Assembly (NCBI GenBank): GCA_963810095.1
Contig: CAWEMM010000006.1
Span: forward strand, 1,056,001 to 1,120,000
DNA length: 64,000 nt
Reading direction: 5' to 3'
DNA from: an uncultured Chloroflexia bacterium
GTDB lineage: Bacteria > Chloroflexota > Anaerolineae > CG2-30-64-16
The notes beneath the pieces are model-generated. The model searched no databases, was not told the origin of the DNA, and was given only the letters and a program-made list of their open reading frames with translations. Made by a program: the position numbers and the translations under genes. Within the stretch, counting starts at the first letter, position 1; each line of letters starts with the position of its first letter. This document shows, one piece after another, positions 62,816 to 64,000 of the stretch.

Positions 62816-64000
62816 TCAGGCCTTTTCCACGTGCGACTTGGCCGGCCGCGGTGAGTTCCGCAGCGTCCGCTCGACGAATTCCAACACGAAGATGAGCACG
62901 AAGCCCGCAACGATGCTCAGCGCGGCGCCCAGGAGTGCGGTCTGCACGGTCCGCGCCGGCAGCTTGGTCCGGGGAGTGGTGGGGGCGCTGACGACCTCCA
63001 GGTAGCCGATGCTGCGGCTCTGGCTTTCCTTGAGTTGGGCCTCGCGCACCTTGGCCGCCAGAAAGTCGCGGTTGTCCAGGCGCTCCTGCGCCGTGTCGAG
63101 CAGGGTCTGGTATTGGCCCCCCAGGGTGATCAGGCCGGCCAGGTCGGCTTGGGTCTGCGTCAGTTGGACCCCGGTCGCATCGGCCAGCCCCTTCTGGCCC
63201 GCGATTTTCACCTGCGCGTCCGTAATTTGGGCCCCCAGTTCCTGCACCCGCTGCCTCGCAGATGCGGCGTCGGGGCTGTCGGCCTTGGCGCCCGCCGCGG
63301 ACTGCTGGGCGGCCGCAAGCTGCCTGGACAACTCGGCGACGACGGCTTCGAGGCGCTTGACCTCGACCTCGGCCAAGCGCCGCGCGCCGTCAGGTCGCGA
63401 ATCGCCTGTTCCTGTGCCGCCAGCTCGCGGTCGAGCGATTCGACGTGGTTCCCCAGCTTGAACTGCAGAATCGCGCTCCGCGCGCCGGCCAGGTCCTTGT
63501 CGGCCTGCAGCAATTCGGCCTGCAGGAACTTGCCCGAAGCCTCTGAAGGCCGTGCGCGGCTCTCACGCAGGCTTTGCAGGGCCAGGTCGACCTGCTTTTG
63601 CAGCAGCTTCTCCGCGTCGTCTGGGTTGGCCGCCGTGGCCGACACGGTTACCAGGTCACCCGACACGTCGCGCGTGACTGAGACGCCGTTCAAAAACTCC
63701 GCCGTGCTCATCCCGACGTTCGTCTCCGACAGCGTGCGCTGCGCCAGGCCCGCGTTGCGCACCAGGTTCTCGAACTGGAACAGGATCAGGTCGATGGTCT
63801 CTGAAGGCGACACCGTGTTCAGGCGGGTGTACAGCGTCACCTCTTCGGGCTCGAGCGGCAGCACCTGGAGCTGCGTCGACGATTGGTACGCGGGCGGCGT
63901 GGTCCACGCCCGCCCCAGGATGACGGCCATCGTCGCGAAAAGCAGCAGCAAGATTACCCAGAAGCGCCGCTTCAAAACGGCCACGTAGGTCCAGAAATTC
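62816..64000 (-). CDS. Wzz/GumC-like polysaccharide co-polymerase (start probably just beyond window; frameshift near 63380)
   Basis: VLKRRFWVILL TM, PPAYQS, long coiled coil, VVSAPTTP and a C-terminal TM. Confidence 0.82.

Overview
High-GC bacterial chromosome window. Gene content suggests a Chloroflexota (Anaerolineae/Caldilineae-like) genome; this is inferred from SpoVS, RicT, RNase J, a FemAB pair, Thr/Pro-linker secreted proteins ending in a [YF]LP[LM]I..R motif, and abundant intergenic palindromes. About 50 genes are recognisable, mostly on the minus strand. In order: an ABC transporter, iorAB, a CDF transporter, a GH13 maltosyltransferase-like enzyme, a Vsr-like/Tudor fusion protein, two FemABX transferases, a 10-gene sugar operon (araB, two URO-D-like proteins, TIM-barrel epimerase, Gfo/Idh, GmhA, ROK, HAD, DHS-like protein, RfaE-like kinase), glycolipid and glycosyltransferase genes, spoVS-ricT-holB, hutI, rnj, and a 22-kb surface-glycan locus that contains three large secreted multi-domain proteins. 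More than 20 apparent frameshifts, several in conserved genes, point to assembly or sequencing indel errors. No rRNA, tRNA, CRISPR array, transposase, integrase or phage gene was recognised. Strongest leads: (1) the glycan locus with motif-tagged clan GH-A-like/CBM proteins and a nucleotidyltransferase-kinase fusion; (2) the heptose-like/URO-D sugar operon; (3) the nuclease-like/Tudor fusion; (4) a family of 9-bp-periodic palindromic elements that sit on stop codons. All product calls come from motif recognition by eye; no database search was run.
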